DNA of 64,000 nucleotides from Fonticula alba ATCC 38817 (taxonomy: Eukaryota > Protista > Nucleariida): the NCBI GenBank assembly GCA_000388065.2, contig KB932203.1. One strand, 5' to 3'. Shown piece by piece: positions 47,670 to 58,739 of the stretch. Below the pieces are notes generated by a model. That model saw nothing but the letters and a program-made list of their open reading frames with translations, did no database searches and was not told where the DNA came from. Every line of letters starts with the position of its first letter. The first letter of the stretch is position 1. Position numbers and translations under genes: made by a program.

Positions 47670-49948
47670 TCAGGGGGGCGAGGCCGCCCGTGACAGCCAC
47701 GTGACGAACTCGTTGACCAGCCCTGCATTCACCCACACCTCGCCCGGGTCCGGGGCCGAGGCCGAGGCCGAGGCCGAGGCCGAGGCGGGCATGCTGGTGG
47801 CGGCGGCCTGCCACCGGCGGACAGCCTCCTCGAGGTCGACGCTGTAGGCGCCCTTGCGGGCGATGTCCAGCCCGCCGGCCAGCATTGCCCCAATGGCCCC
47901 TTCAGATCGGAGCTCCGTCTGGGCCAGAGACTGATCGAGACGCCGGCCGGCGGTCGAGTAGCTGCCCCAGCCCGCGGGTGCGTGTTAGAATGGCGCCGGC
48001 GGGAGGAGCTGCGCGTCTTCTCGGGAGCCCGCGCTGGCAGGGGGAGGGACGCGGGCAGGGTGCGTACCTGACACGAAGGACTGCCCGCCGGGAAAGGTCT
48101 GGCTCCCCCGGGCCCGGGGCTTCCAGGTCGTCGCCGAAGATCACCGGCACGCAGCCCAGCATCATGGCCTGGTCCGTCCGAGCAGAAAGACATACACACA
48201 CACACACACACAGACGCCCCCACCGGCCCGGCAAAGGCCCAGTCCGGGTGTATTTTCCCGGTGCCGAGAGTTAGCATGGCCCCCCTGGCCGGCCGGGTGG
48301 CCGAGACGCGACCGAGGATCCGACGGCGCACCTCCAGTGGCCGGGGCGACCACTCATAGAAGCCCGGCGGACAGAGGCAAAAGCGGGACTCCTCGCCGGG
48401 CCGATTGCGTGGGTCCTTGCCCAGGGCCAGGCGTGCCACGGCGGGCCCGGCTCCCACGGCCCGGCGCGCATCCTCCCACAATGCATGCCCCTCGGACAGA
48501 GCCTGCAAGAGCTGGCGCACCCCGCGCGAGTGGGGGAAGTCCCGCTGGATGGTCCCGTGGAAGCTGGACCGGATTGCCTTCTGGCGCCACTCGGCCAGAA
48601 GCAGCTCGGTCGAAGGTGCCTGGCCGATGGGCCGGCATGCTCGGTCGGTGGCGTCACGCTCATGCCCCGGGGGACAGCCCCGGCCCGCCGCCGAGCGGGC
48701 GTGCTGCCCCAGCAGGCGATCCATTCGGGCCACCAGAACATCCAACGTCGCATCGGTCACGCGTGCCGGGGCCACATAGTGCTCCTCGGGCTGGCAGGTG
48801 GCCGAGGGCAAATCCGCAAGCCAGGGCGCCGGGCATCGCGCCAGGGGCGGGCACGAGCATGTGAGTGTCGACATGGGTGGAGGCCGCACGGCCGGGCCTT
48901 GCGCAGCGCCTAAAAGACGCGAGGCGTGCCTTCCCTCCCCCCCCATCTCCGGTTTGAGAAGGAACTCACCGTATAGCCCGATCGCCGGCTGCCGTTCGTG
49001 GTGATAACCAGCGGACCCGGCTGCGCGCGTCCGGCCGCCAGCGGGCGCTCTCCGGCCAGGCGGGCCAAAGCCCGCTGGATGAAGGCCAGGCCCTCGCCAT
49101 GCCCCGAGAAGAGGACCATGCGGCCGAGGGGGACACGTGTGTCTCGGAGCATCTCGTCAAGGGCTTTTGCATGTTTCCGTGCCCATCGGCCGGTGGCATG
49201 TGAGTTCGCCAGCCCGTGAAGCTACATGCCCCCACGATGGCAGGGGGCCCCGGAGGCTCACAAGCGCACCCTGATAGAAGGCGGCCTCGACCCAGTGGTC
49301 GGAAAACCGGCGCAGGGCCTTCCCCTGGCGCATTTCGGCCACGGTTTCCCGGCAGCCATAGCGCATGGCATACACCGGCACGAAGACCCAGTCCGCCTCG
49401 TCGGGCGTGGCCACAAAGGGGCAGAGCAGTTCCTCCCCCGAGAGGATCGGCACCACCGGCGACCGGGCCCCGTGGATGCACCGGTGCGCGGCTCGGAGGA
49501 GCTCCACATGCAGGAGCACCTCACTGTCAAAGAGCCGGCCTGTCGGGCCGAGCATGCATGCGCGGCGGGCCTCGGTGGCCGAGCTCTCGGCGATGGGGCC
49601 CACCTCGGGCCAGCGCCCGAGCGCCACGGCGCCCATGTCGCCGGCCGGCGCCTCGGTGGAGAACAACAGATCGCGAGTGAGCCCCGCGGACCCGGGGTGG
49701 ATGAAGCTGGGGATGTGAGGGAGGGTTGTCATTGGCCCCGGTTTCGGTTAGCCATCCCCACAATGCAGAGGGTTCCAGCGGGCAAGCGAAGAGGTCGGCG
49801 AGGGGTACAAGTACATCTTGGTGCCGGCCACCGGCACACAGCAGGCCGAGTTGACCGTCAGGCTGAGGAGGAGCAGGCAAAGCAGGGCCAAAGGCACGGA
49901 TCTTGATCCGGCGAGCCCATGACCGGGATTGCCGGGTGAGGTGGGCAT
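47670..49948 (-). CDS. Exostosin-family (GT47) glycosyltransferase, single GT47 domain with N-terminal hydrophobic anchor
   Basis: About six exons. Exon 1 (49948-49815) joins exon 2 (49706-49270) to give TKIFIHPGSAGLTRDLL. Family motifs are TPDEADWVFVPVY, SSFHG, GVRQLL, SRFCLCPPGFYEWSPRPLE-AMMLGCVPVIFGD. The anchor is VPLALLCLLLLSLTV. Confidence 0.8.
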
Positions 49949-50358
49949 ATCGGCAAGCGAGGGGGGCGGAGGTCAGGGAGTGGCTCCAGACAGGAGCACA
50001 AGCGAAGATCAGGGGTGGTTGGCAAGGTCGAGCGGCAGGGGAGGGGGGGGGGGGAGGAGGGGCGGGGGGGACAGAGCAAAAGTGTGCTCCTCCGCCTTCT
50101 TCACAGGCCGGGGCGACGGCACTTGTATTAATTAAACCCCACAATCCTCTGCGAATGCAGGTGACGAGCCAGCCCATCCGCGTGACCAGCCCTCCCGGGT
50201 GCCGACGACTTTCCCTTTAAATGCCGGTGTTCCGTGTTTTCCGCAGACCCTTGGGGTGGGGGTGCCAGAAGAAGTGCCCTCCCCCGCCCCCGCCCCCGCC
50301 CCCGCCCCCCCCCCCCTCCCTCCTCTGCCGCTTGTCCGCTGTCGCTGCCATCGCCTCC

Positions 50359-51404
50359 ATGTCTTCTGCCGAGAGTCCCCCCGGCACGCCGTCTGCCATT
50401 CCGGCCAGCGCCCCGGCCCTTACCACGGATGCCCTGTCTGCCACCCTTGGCCCGGCGCCGATTGTGGCCAGCTCGCAAACCACGGCCGAGCCCGTGTTCG
50501 CCGATGCCAGCCTGGTCTCGGATGCCGGTGCGTCTCCCCTCCTCCTGGGCTGCTCCTGCGTCACTTCCTCTGCTCCCCCCTCCCCCTCCCTCTCTCCGCC
50601 TAGGAGCCCGCTGAGAAGGGCCCGCCCCCCCCCCACTTTCTAACCCTCCCCTCCATTCCCAGATCGCTTTGAGTCGGAGCAGGCCCGCCTGATCGAGCGT
50701 GCGGACGACATGTTCCGCAAGATCTCCCAGTACATCAATGCCGAGATGTCCAGTGCGTGTGCCATCCAGCAATTGCCTTCCCCTTATGTGCCTTTGCTCA
50801 CCTGCCCCCCATGCCCTCGGCCTGGCGCTGCAGCTCTTGAGGGGGACTACTCCAACCTGGGGAGGATGAACCTGACTGCGGCACATGCGTACGCCGAAAT
50901 CGAGCGCATGGTCCTCGGTCTGAACTCCATGATGTCCGAGCTCCAGAACAAGTGTACGTCCCCTCCCACTTCATCCTCACTCTCTCTTCCTCCCGCTCTC
51001 TGGCGCGTGTCCGTGCGCGCCCTTGTTCGCGCAGCCCGCACTGCACCAAGGCCCCAGTCTGTTTGGCCCCCTCAGCTGACCCATTCCCCGCCCCCCCCCC
51101 CCCCCCCCCGTGCAGACGAGCATAATAAGGTGTACTTCGCACAGATCGATGCCCTGGAAAAGAGTGTCGAGCGCCTGGAGACCGCCGCCCGCGAGCTGGA
51201 CGCGTATGCCCGCCGTCTTGGTGCGTCCTCCCGTCTTTTGATCCTGCCAGTGCTGGCTTGCAGTTGCGCCTATCATGGCCGGCCGTTGCACTTGCGCCAA
51301 GACCTGCGCGTCCCACCTTCCCTCCCTCTAACACACACACACACACATACACACACACGCAAATATCCACAGATCAAGCCTTCCGCGCCTTCGGCCGCGG
51401 CTGA
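50359..51404 (+). CDS. BLOC1S2: BLOC-1 subunit 2 (BLOS2)
   Basis: Five exons: 50359-50527, 50663-50752, 50834-50953, 51116-51220, 51373-51404. The spliced product MFRKISQYINAEMSTLEGDYSNLGRMN...IDALEKSVERLETAARELDAYARRL matches the BLOS2 pattern MF.K...Y..GE.....EDY.LLE.MN...I..IE..V..LE.AA..LD.Y.K.L. Confidence 0.88.
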
Positions 51405-52166
51405 GCAACTTCCGCTTGTTTTCTCTTTTTTGCGCGTCTGCCGAAAGCGACCAAGACAATGGGGGGTAGCCCCCCCCCCCCGTTCCACTGCCCTCCTCCG
51501 CGGCCCCCCGCCATCCTGGGCCCCGGTGGGAAAATACACACATCTTGCGTACTCCCGTCGCAACGCCGGCCGTTGGCACATGGCTCCATTGGCAGTCCCC
51601 CGATCTTGGCCCGAGGTCCTGGGACACCGCGCGATCTCGCCCCTCGGCCGTTCTGTCGGTGCATCTGCCGATCGCTCTACGTTGGCGGTGGCGGTTTCCG
51701 GCCATCCTGACTGGCAGGACCCACCGGGGCCGGAGCGCGGGTGCGTATGCGCGCGTGTGTGTGTGTGTGTGTGTGCGCGCGCGGCACCGCCACGCTCCCG
51801 AAGGGCGGCCGTCAGGCGGCGTTCCAGGGACGGCGTGAGGCTGGAGGAACCGGTGGGAGTCGGCTTTTCAAAGGCGCGCCGGCAACGCGGCTGGGGAAGG
51901 GGGCCTGGGGGCCGGCCCGCGAGCACGCATGCTAGGGGCGGGGGGGGGGGGGGGGGGGGGGGGGGGTCGGCCGCATGTCTTGTCTGTCTCTGACGGTTTT
52001 CCCCGGACACAAGCCCCCCTCGCCGCCCCGGCCGAGAAGGGGAGAGGAGGCTTTGTGCACGCGCGGCCCCCGGCCAACGAGGGAGATCGGCCGCGTCTCG
52101 TTTCTGCTCCCGTCACCAGGGACGCACAAGACTGGACATGGACCTGGCATGGGTCTGCGCACATGC

Positions 52167-52170
<4 letters not shown>

Positions 52171-52242
<72 letters not shown>

Positions 52243-52352
52243 NNNNNNNNNNNNNNNNNNNNNNNNNNNNNNNNNNNNNNNNNNNNNNNNNNNNNNNNNN
52301 NNNNNNNNNNNNNNNNNNNNNNNNNNNNNNNNNNNNNNNNNNNNNNNGTGTG
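52171..52352. repeat. Long (TG)n microsatellite running into an assembly gap
   Basis: Pure GT repeat at 52171-52242, N-gap at 52243-52347, then gtgtgt resumes. Confidence 0.9.
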
Positions 52353-52652
52353 TACGCCAGGGAATGGGGGGCACAGCTGGGCATTAATTCCCCTCAATTG
52401 CCGATCACCCCGGGGCCTGAGGCTCGAGGCTGGCCAAGTGGCAGCGTCCAGTCACACCTCTGCCAGGACCCGGGTATCACCCTTCAGACGCCCGGACCAT
52501 TTTCCACCCCCCTCCCCCCCCCCCCCCCGCCCCCCATTTTCCCCCTCAAATCAGGATATCACCCCGCCCACCCCTTCCCCTCGCGCCTCCCGACCTTGCC
52601 CCTTGCCGCTCCCTATTCCATTTGGGGGAGAGCAACAGAGAAACACCCCCCG

Positions 52653-55600
52653 ATGGACGGCTCCGGTACCGCCACGGCCACGCTACGCCGCGAGGCGGTC
52701 TTCTCCCCGCCCAGCTCGCCGCGCTCGCCGCTTCGGAGCTTCCGCCTGGGGCCGCGTGGCTGTTCACTTTCCTTCGGCTGCCCGGTGCACCACTACCATC
52801 AGCAGCACCGGCTTTTGCAGTCGCCACGGAGCCCGCGCGGCCTCGGTGCCGGCGCATCCCCTCTCGGACGGCCACTCCGGGGGATTTACAAAGTTCGCCG
52901 GGGTGGCGGCCCACTGCTCAGCCCGAAGCTCCAACGCGCGGCCCTCGACTCGCAGCGCTCCCTCCGGCGCCTGGAGCTGGCCCGACAGCGGGCCGCTCGA
53001 GCCCCACCTCGGCCGCCAGACTTCTCCCAGCCCCCGCCGGATCTGCGCCACCGGGCAACCATCATCATCCCGGTGAGCAGCTTGGCCGACCTGCCGGCGC
53101 CCTTCTCCTCGGCCGGGCACTTGGGCCCATCGCCGGCGGCCGCGCTTCACCGCCTGGCCCGGTACTTCTGCGAGCCCGCACATCGGGCTGTGGCGGTCCT
53201 TGGAGCGGGGATTTCCACCTCCAGTGGCATCCCGGACTTCCGGTCACTGACCGGTGTCTATGAGCAAGCCGAGCATCTGGTCGATGGTGGCCCGGGCACC
53301 CAGGCGGCAAAGCCCCGCCGCGGCGCCGCCCGTCGTGGCCAGGACCTCTTCGATGCGAGCGTCTTTTATGTATGTCTGCCTCTCTGGTCCCTCCCCCCGC
53401 CCTCGGATGTGTTTCTGACCTCCTTGGTCCCTCCCCGCCCCCCGCCCCCTTCTCCTCCCTCCCCCGGGAATGTGGCACATCGAATAGGATCCCGAGCGAA
53501 CGAGGGACTTTTTGAGGCTGATGGCGGTTCTGGCGCAGCACTCGCGCCGGGCCTCGCCGACCCCGGTGCACAAGTTCCTGCGTGAGCTCGAGGGCGAGGG
53601 GAAACTCCTCCGGGCATACACCCAGAATATCGACAAACTCGAGCGCAAAGCCGGCCTTGGCGACCGGACAGTGGTCGAGCTTCATGGGACCCTCGACACG
53701 GTGTACTGCACCCTTTGCCATGAGACCTTCCCGCTGGTCGAGCATGAGGCCGACCTTCTTGGCGGGGGCTTCCCCGTGTGCCCGGCCTGCAAGGCGATTG
53801 ACGATTTCCGGTGCGCTTTGCGGACACCTGCCCGCGCAGCACCCCCTTGACACACCCTGTCCAATCTGACCTTGTGCCTGCCTTCCGGGCTGCCTGCCTT
53901 TTGCAGTAAGGCCAATAGCTCGCGCTCGCGCGGTGTCGGCCGCCTGCGTCCCAGTGTGGTCCTCTATAATGAGTCGCATCCCCGCGCGGAAGATATCTCC
54001 GAGGATGTCGAGCGCGCGCTCAAGGAGTGCGTGTCCGCCTGCTAGCCTGCCCACTTGCATGGGGCTATTCCGTGCTGCCTGGGCCTCCCCCTCCCCATTG
54101 TCCCGAAGGCTCATCTTCTCGCTCTCTCCCCCCCCCCCCCCTCCCCTCCCTCCCCCGGTCACTCCTCGACAGCCAGCCCACCCTGCTGATGGTCATGGGG
54201 ACGTCGCTCAAGGTGGATGGCTGCCGACACCTTGTCCGGCAACTGGTACGACACCGCTGCCAGGCCTGCCTCTTGCTCTTCCCCGACTCTTCACTTTCGG
54301 TGCCACTTACAAAGGCACCCCCCCTCCCCCCTGACTCCCATGGCACATGATGTTGCAGTCTCGCGCTGTCCGCAACAACGGTGGCATTTCCCTCTATTTC
54401 GACAACTCCCCCCTGGCTCCCGAGTGGCTGGGGATTTTTGACTGGCACATCATGGGAGACCTCGACCAGGCAGTGATGATCCTCAACTCCTGGCGTCAAT
54501 GCTATCGCACGGCGGCTCGCAGCGATGCGGTCATGAGTGCCCGCCAGGCAGTGCCCTCCTTTTCCGGTGCGTTTGCTTGCTCGGGGGGTTGCCTCCCCTT
54601 TGCCTCCTTCTCGCGCGTCCTCTGGCACATTTCCCTGCCGCTGTGTGTTCAAATGCACACTCACTCACACACATGCACATGCACATGCACATGCACATGC
54701 ACATGCACATGCACATGCACATGCACATGCACATGCACATGCACATGCACATACACATGCACATACACATGCACAGTCTCTTGGGGACGCATGCAACGGG
54801 GCCTCCAGTACCGAGGCCCGGTCTTGGATCGAGATGACTCATCTTTCGCCCAGGACCGGCGCTGGCGCGGGGTGGCCCGCCAGGCAGCCGCCGAGCTTGG
54901 GCCCCGGCCTTCGGCCTCGGACATGGTCACCATCCGCCCGCCCAAAGGTGCGGTCGGCCGGAAGCCGGCCGTGCGTCGATCGCCTGCCCGCAAGTCTGCC
55001 AGCTCCTCCTCCTCCTCCTCCTCCTCCTCCTCCTTGCGACTCGACTTTGCCCGGCAATTCCCTGCCGAGCAGGCCTGGCGGCGTTTCTCCCGACGCACTG
55101 GCGAGTATGGCACCGTGGCTGAGGGCTGGCCGGCGGGGGCCTCCGGCACGCCGGTCACTCGCCAGGAATGTCCGCCCTTCCCCTCGGTGCCCATCAGCCT
55201 GCTCGACCGGGCGGCTCCTTCCACCCCGGGCCTGACGAGCACCAGCAGCGGGACCTCATCGCCCCTGCTGGACCCGGTGGGATTGGGATCACCCTCGCCG
55301 GCGGGGGCTCTGCTCAGTCGACGAGGCCGGGGCAACTCGCATCAGGCCCCCTTGGCGGTGTTGGCCCCGTCGCCGGCGCTTTCCTCTCCTCGCGGAGCTC
55401 GGACCCCGACGCGCTCTTCGAGCGACCTGCCCGCCGGCCTGGCATCCCCCTTCCGTGAGCCCATTCGTCTGGTGGCCAATGGTGCTGCCGGTCTCGGAGG
55501 TGGCACAAATGTGGAATCCCTGCTGCTGGCGGCCGGGGGTCCGGCCTCGCCATTGCCTGTTGAGCATCACATTCTCGTGGCGTCTCCGCGATCAGGGGCC

Positions 55601-56215
55601 GCGCCGACATCGGCTACCGGGCTGAACAGCGCCTGCTGGTCCCCCTCGCGGCTGACCATCGTGTCAACCTCGGCCTCGGCCTCGCGTTCTCACCTTTCCC
55701 CCGATCCTGGGCTTTATACATTCCAGCAGCTGAGCCCCAGTCAGCGGGCATTTGATCTTCGCCGGGCGACCGCTGACACGGTCGGTTGCCGGGCGGACGC
55801 CGTCCCCAGGCGCGGGTGTGCCACTCCTGACGGGGTCCGGTCGCCTTCAAGCAAGTCGGCCATGGCCCGGCTTCCGCCACGCCCCCCGAATGTCGGATCG
55901 CCGGCGCCCGGCGGGGAGCCCCATCACCGCCGAGGGAGTCTTCCCCTGGTGTCCCCGCTGCTGGTGCTGACCAGCGCCAGCGGGACCACCGATTCCGGGT
56001 CCTCCTCGGTCGATGAGTTCGATGGACCTCGGCCGGGGGTTGGTGGCCCGCCTCCGCGGATACCCTTTTCCCTGGCCGAGACCGGGCCTCGGGGAGAGAG
56101 TCCCGCGCCACCAAGCGCCGATCGGCCCCGCCGGCGGCTGGTGCCGGCTGCCGCCGGCCCAAAGCCACCGACCCCTGGCCGGCGCAGGAGCGCGCGCATC
56201 CGATCCGCACGGTAG
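52653..56215 (+). CDS. HST4: Sir2-family NAD-dependent deacetylase, Hst3/Hst4 (class Ic)-like, with long Ser/Pro-rich C-terminal tail
   Basis: Exons 52653-53369, 53488-53810, 53907-54026, 54173-54245, 54359-54566 and 54777-56215. Motifs are GAGISTSSGIPDFRS, GQDLFDASVF, LLRAYTQNIDKLE, VVELHGTL, CTLC...CPAC (Zn), SRSRGVGRLRPSVVLYNESHP and MGTSLKVDG. The last two are typical of Hst3/Hst4. Confidence 0.85.
54669..54775. repeat. (ATGCAC)n hexanucleotide repeat, ~17 units, forming the 3' end of a sirtuin intron
   Basis: Read directly. The final unit gcacAG supplies the acceptor at 54775-54776. Confidence 0.9.
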
Positions 56216-56919
56216 GAAAAAGTCGAGAACCGTGAAGGAACCGTCGCAGTCTCTTCACTTTCCTCCCCTCCCCCTGCGCCCCCCCCCCCTCTCTCTCTAT
56301 CTTTCTTTCTCCTCCCCTCCCTCCCTCCCACTCCACCGCACAATAGATTCACCAAATCGGCCCCTTGCTCATGCTGAAGCAGGCTCCATCCCCCCCAAGA
56401 GACGCGGGAAGCCAAGGGATGAAGAGACGGCAAGACGAAGAGACACATGCAGAAGGCCGGACAAACCGGGCAATCTGGCCATTTCCGGCAGAAAGAACAC
56501 AACAGAGAGCCGGGGGACGATCTATGTGTGTATTCCGGGGACGAGAGGAGGAAGGAAGAAGGAGAGAGCACGCGCATGCTTGCCCTTCCTTCCTCCTGCG
56601 CCACAGAAAGACTTGGCCAAAGGGAGAAAAAGGGTGGCAACTCGACCGGCGCACTTCCTCCCACCGGGAGCCGAGGGAAGGAGGCGCAGAACAGCGGCCC
56701 AGTCGCCGAACGAAAGATACCAAGCAAGAAATGGGTGGGGAAGGTAAACAAAGAGAGGGACAGGAGAGGGAGTGGGGAGGAGAGAGGGGGAGAGAGAGAG
56801 AGAGAGAGCCATGAAGCGGTGCTGCCATCACGCATATGTGCGAGCCTGTGTTGACACACAAACACACACACACACACACACACACAGGCACGCGCACAAC
56901 GTGCTTGCCCCTCCCCACA

Positions 56920-58691
56920 CTACTCCATCACGGGGTGGCGGATTTCGAAGGACCCAGTACCACCCTCGACCGGGCGGCCGACCACAATTCGAGCGGACGG
57001 GCTGTCGATCGAATCGAAGTCCTGGTGGGTGACCGCGCTGCGCAGGAAATGCATCGTGGTCTCGAAGGACATTTGATGCAGCGGCGACACACTGGCCTCG
57101 ATGCCCATGCGGTTCATGGCCTTGTAGCCACCGTGGAAGGTCATGTAATCGGCGATCAGGCTCAGATGGCGCGGATCCACCGAGATACCATACGCCCCGA
57201 AGACCTTGCTGATCTCAGAGGCAATCGTCGCCCGGGCAGCCTCCACACCGTAGGTCTTGAGGATGGCATTGATGTCGTTCGACGAAATGCTGTTGACATC
57301 GATGACATTGTCCATCTCCCACACACCCTGAAGGTTGACACCCTCGGTGGCGAGACGAATCTATGACGCGGACACGAGCCGCAACAAGGGGAAGGAGCCG
57401 GGCCAATGGCCGTCAGTCGATGTCCACCGGGCCCCGAGAGAGAGAGAGGGAAAAAGCGAGGGACGGAAGAGCGGCAGCGGCAATGAAAAAAAAAAAAGGG
57501 CAGCGAACAAGGGAGGGAAGGCGAGCTCTGGGCATGACACGCACCTGGCCATCATTGGCATTCTTGGTGGACTCCTCGTCAATCATGCACGAGCTGATGC
57601 CAGCCACCTCGCGGATCACCGAGGTCTCGGCCAGACGCTCCAGCAGATTCACCAGCATCAGCTTGCGCGTGTCGATGTTGTAGCTGAGCTCCAGGTGCAC
57701 CTGGTTGGTGACACGGTCGTAGGAGTAGGCGGTCACATTCTGGCAGAGGGACTGAGCCATGCGAGTCTCCTGGTCCGAGTGCGCAGACTTGCCGGAGGAG
57801 CCGGCCGACACGTCGACATCCATCTTGTCCTCGGAATCCGAGGGGGCGCTGTCGTCGGAGTCCGAAGCATCGGACTCCTCCGAGTCAGACCCATCGTCAT
57901 CGTAGGAGGACAGCTGCCGGCGAGCGGCGCCCTTCTTGGCCGCCGCCGAGCCGGACTCCGAGTCCGAGTCGTCGGAGTCCGAGTCATCGCTGCCGGCCTC
58001 GTCGGCCCCGGCACCGCCATCGAGCTCGGCGCTGGCGCGAGCCGCGCCGCGCTTGCCCATGGACGACACGACGTCGCTCACCTCCGAGACCCCGACACCG
58101 AGGGAGTCGTCCTGCTGCTTGGCATCGCGCACGCGGTTGGCCAGGTCTCGGCGGATCAGCTCCACCAGGCGCTTGATCATCGGCCCGCACAGATACGGGG
58201 CCAGCTGGTCGGTGGACAGCAGGAAGTCCTCCTGACACTCCAGGACACTCAGCAGCTGGAAGGTGACATTGTACACGCGCTGGCGACCGAGCCCGCGCGC
58301 CGGCGGCGCGATCGAGTCCCGCACTTGCACCGACTCCAGGATCGTGCCGAGGGTCAGGCGGCTCAGGACCGAAGCCATGCGCAGGGCATCGGCGCGGCTC
58401 TTGTCCGCATGGATCGGCAGCTCCATGAAGGGGGTGCGCGGCTTGGACGACGCGGTCATGATGATCTCACGCAGACGGGGAATACCGAGCGTGACGTTTT
58501 TCTGAGCCACACAGACGCAGGCACGACAAACCGAGGCCGGGGGGGGGGGGGGGGAGAAGAGAGCAAAGGTCAGCAACACCAGGCAACAGACAGGAGACAG
58601 GGAGAAAGAGATGAACAGGAGGAGAAGAGAAAAAGACCAGGCATAAACTCCCCTCCCATCAGCGAGAGGGAAAGAAAGAAAGAAAGAAAGA

Positions 58692-58739
<48 letters not shown>

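Larger units (their letters stand above)
18467..52347. other. Assembly gaps (six N-runs within this span)
   Basis: N-runs at 18467-18476, 23601-23680, 25503-25542, 31120-31335, 37759-38079 and 52243-52347. Most abut homopolymers or tandem repeats. Confidence 0.99.

Noticed and set aside
54499-54842. ORFs encoding (MH)n, (CM)n, (HA)n or (CT)n polymers, and similar (HT)n/(CV)n ORFs elsewhere
   Set aside because: They are translations of intronic or intergenic microsatellites.
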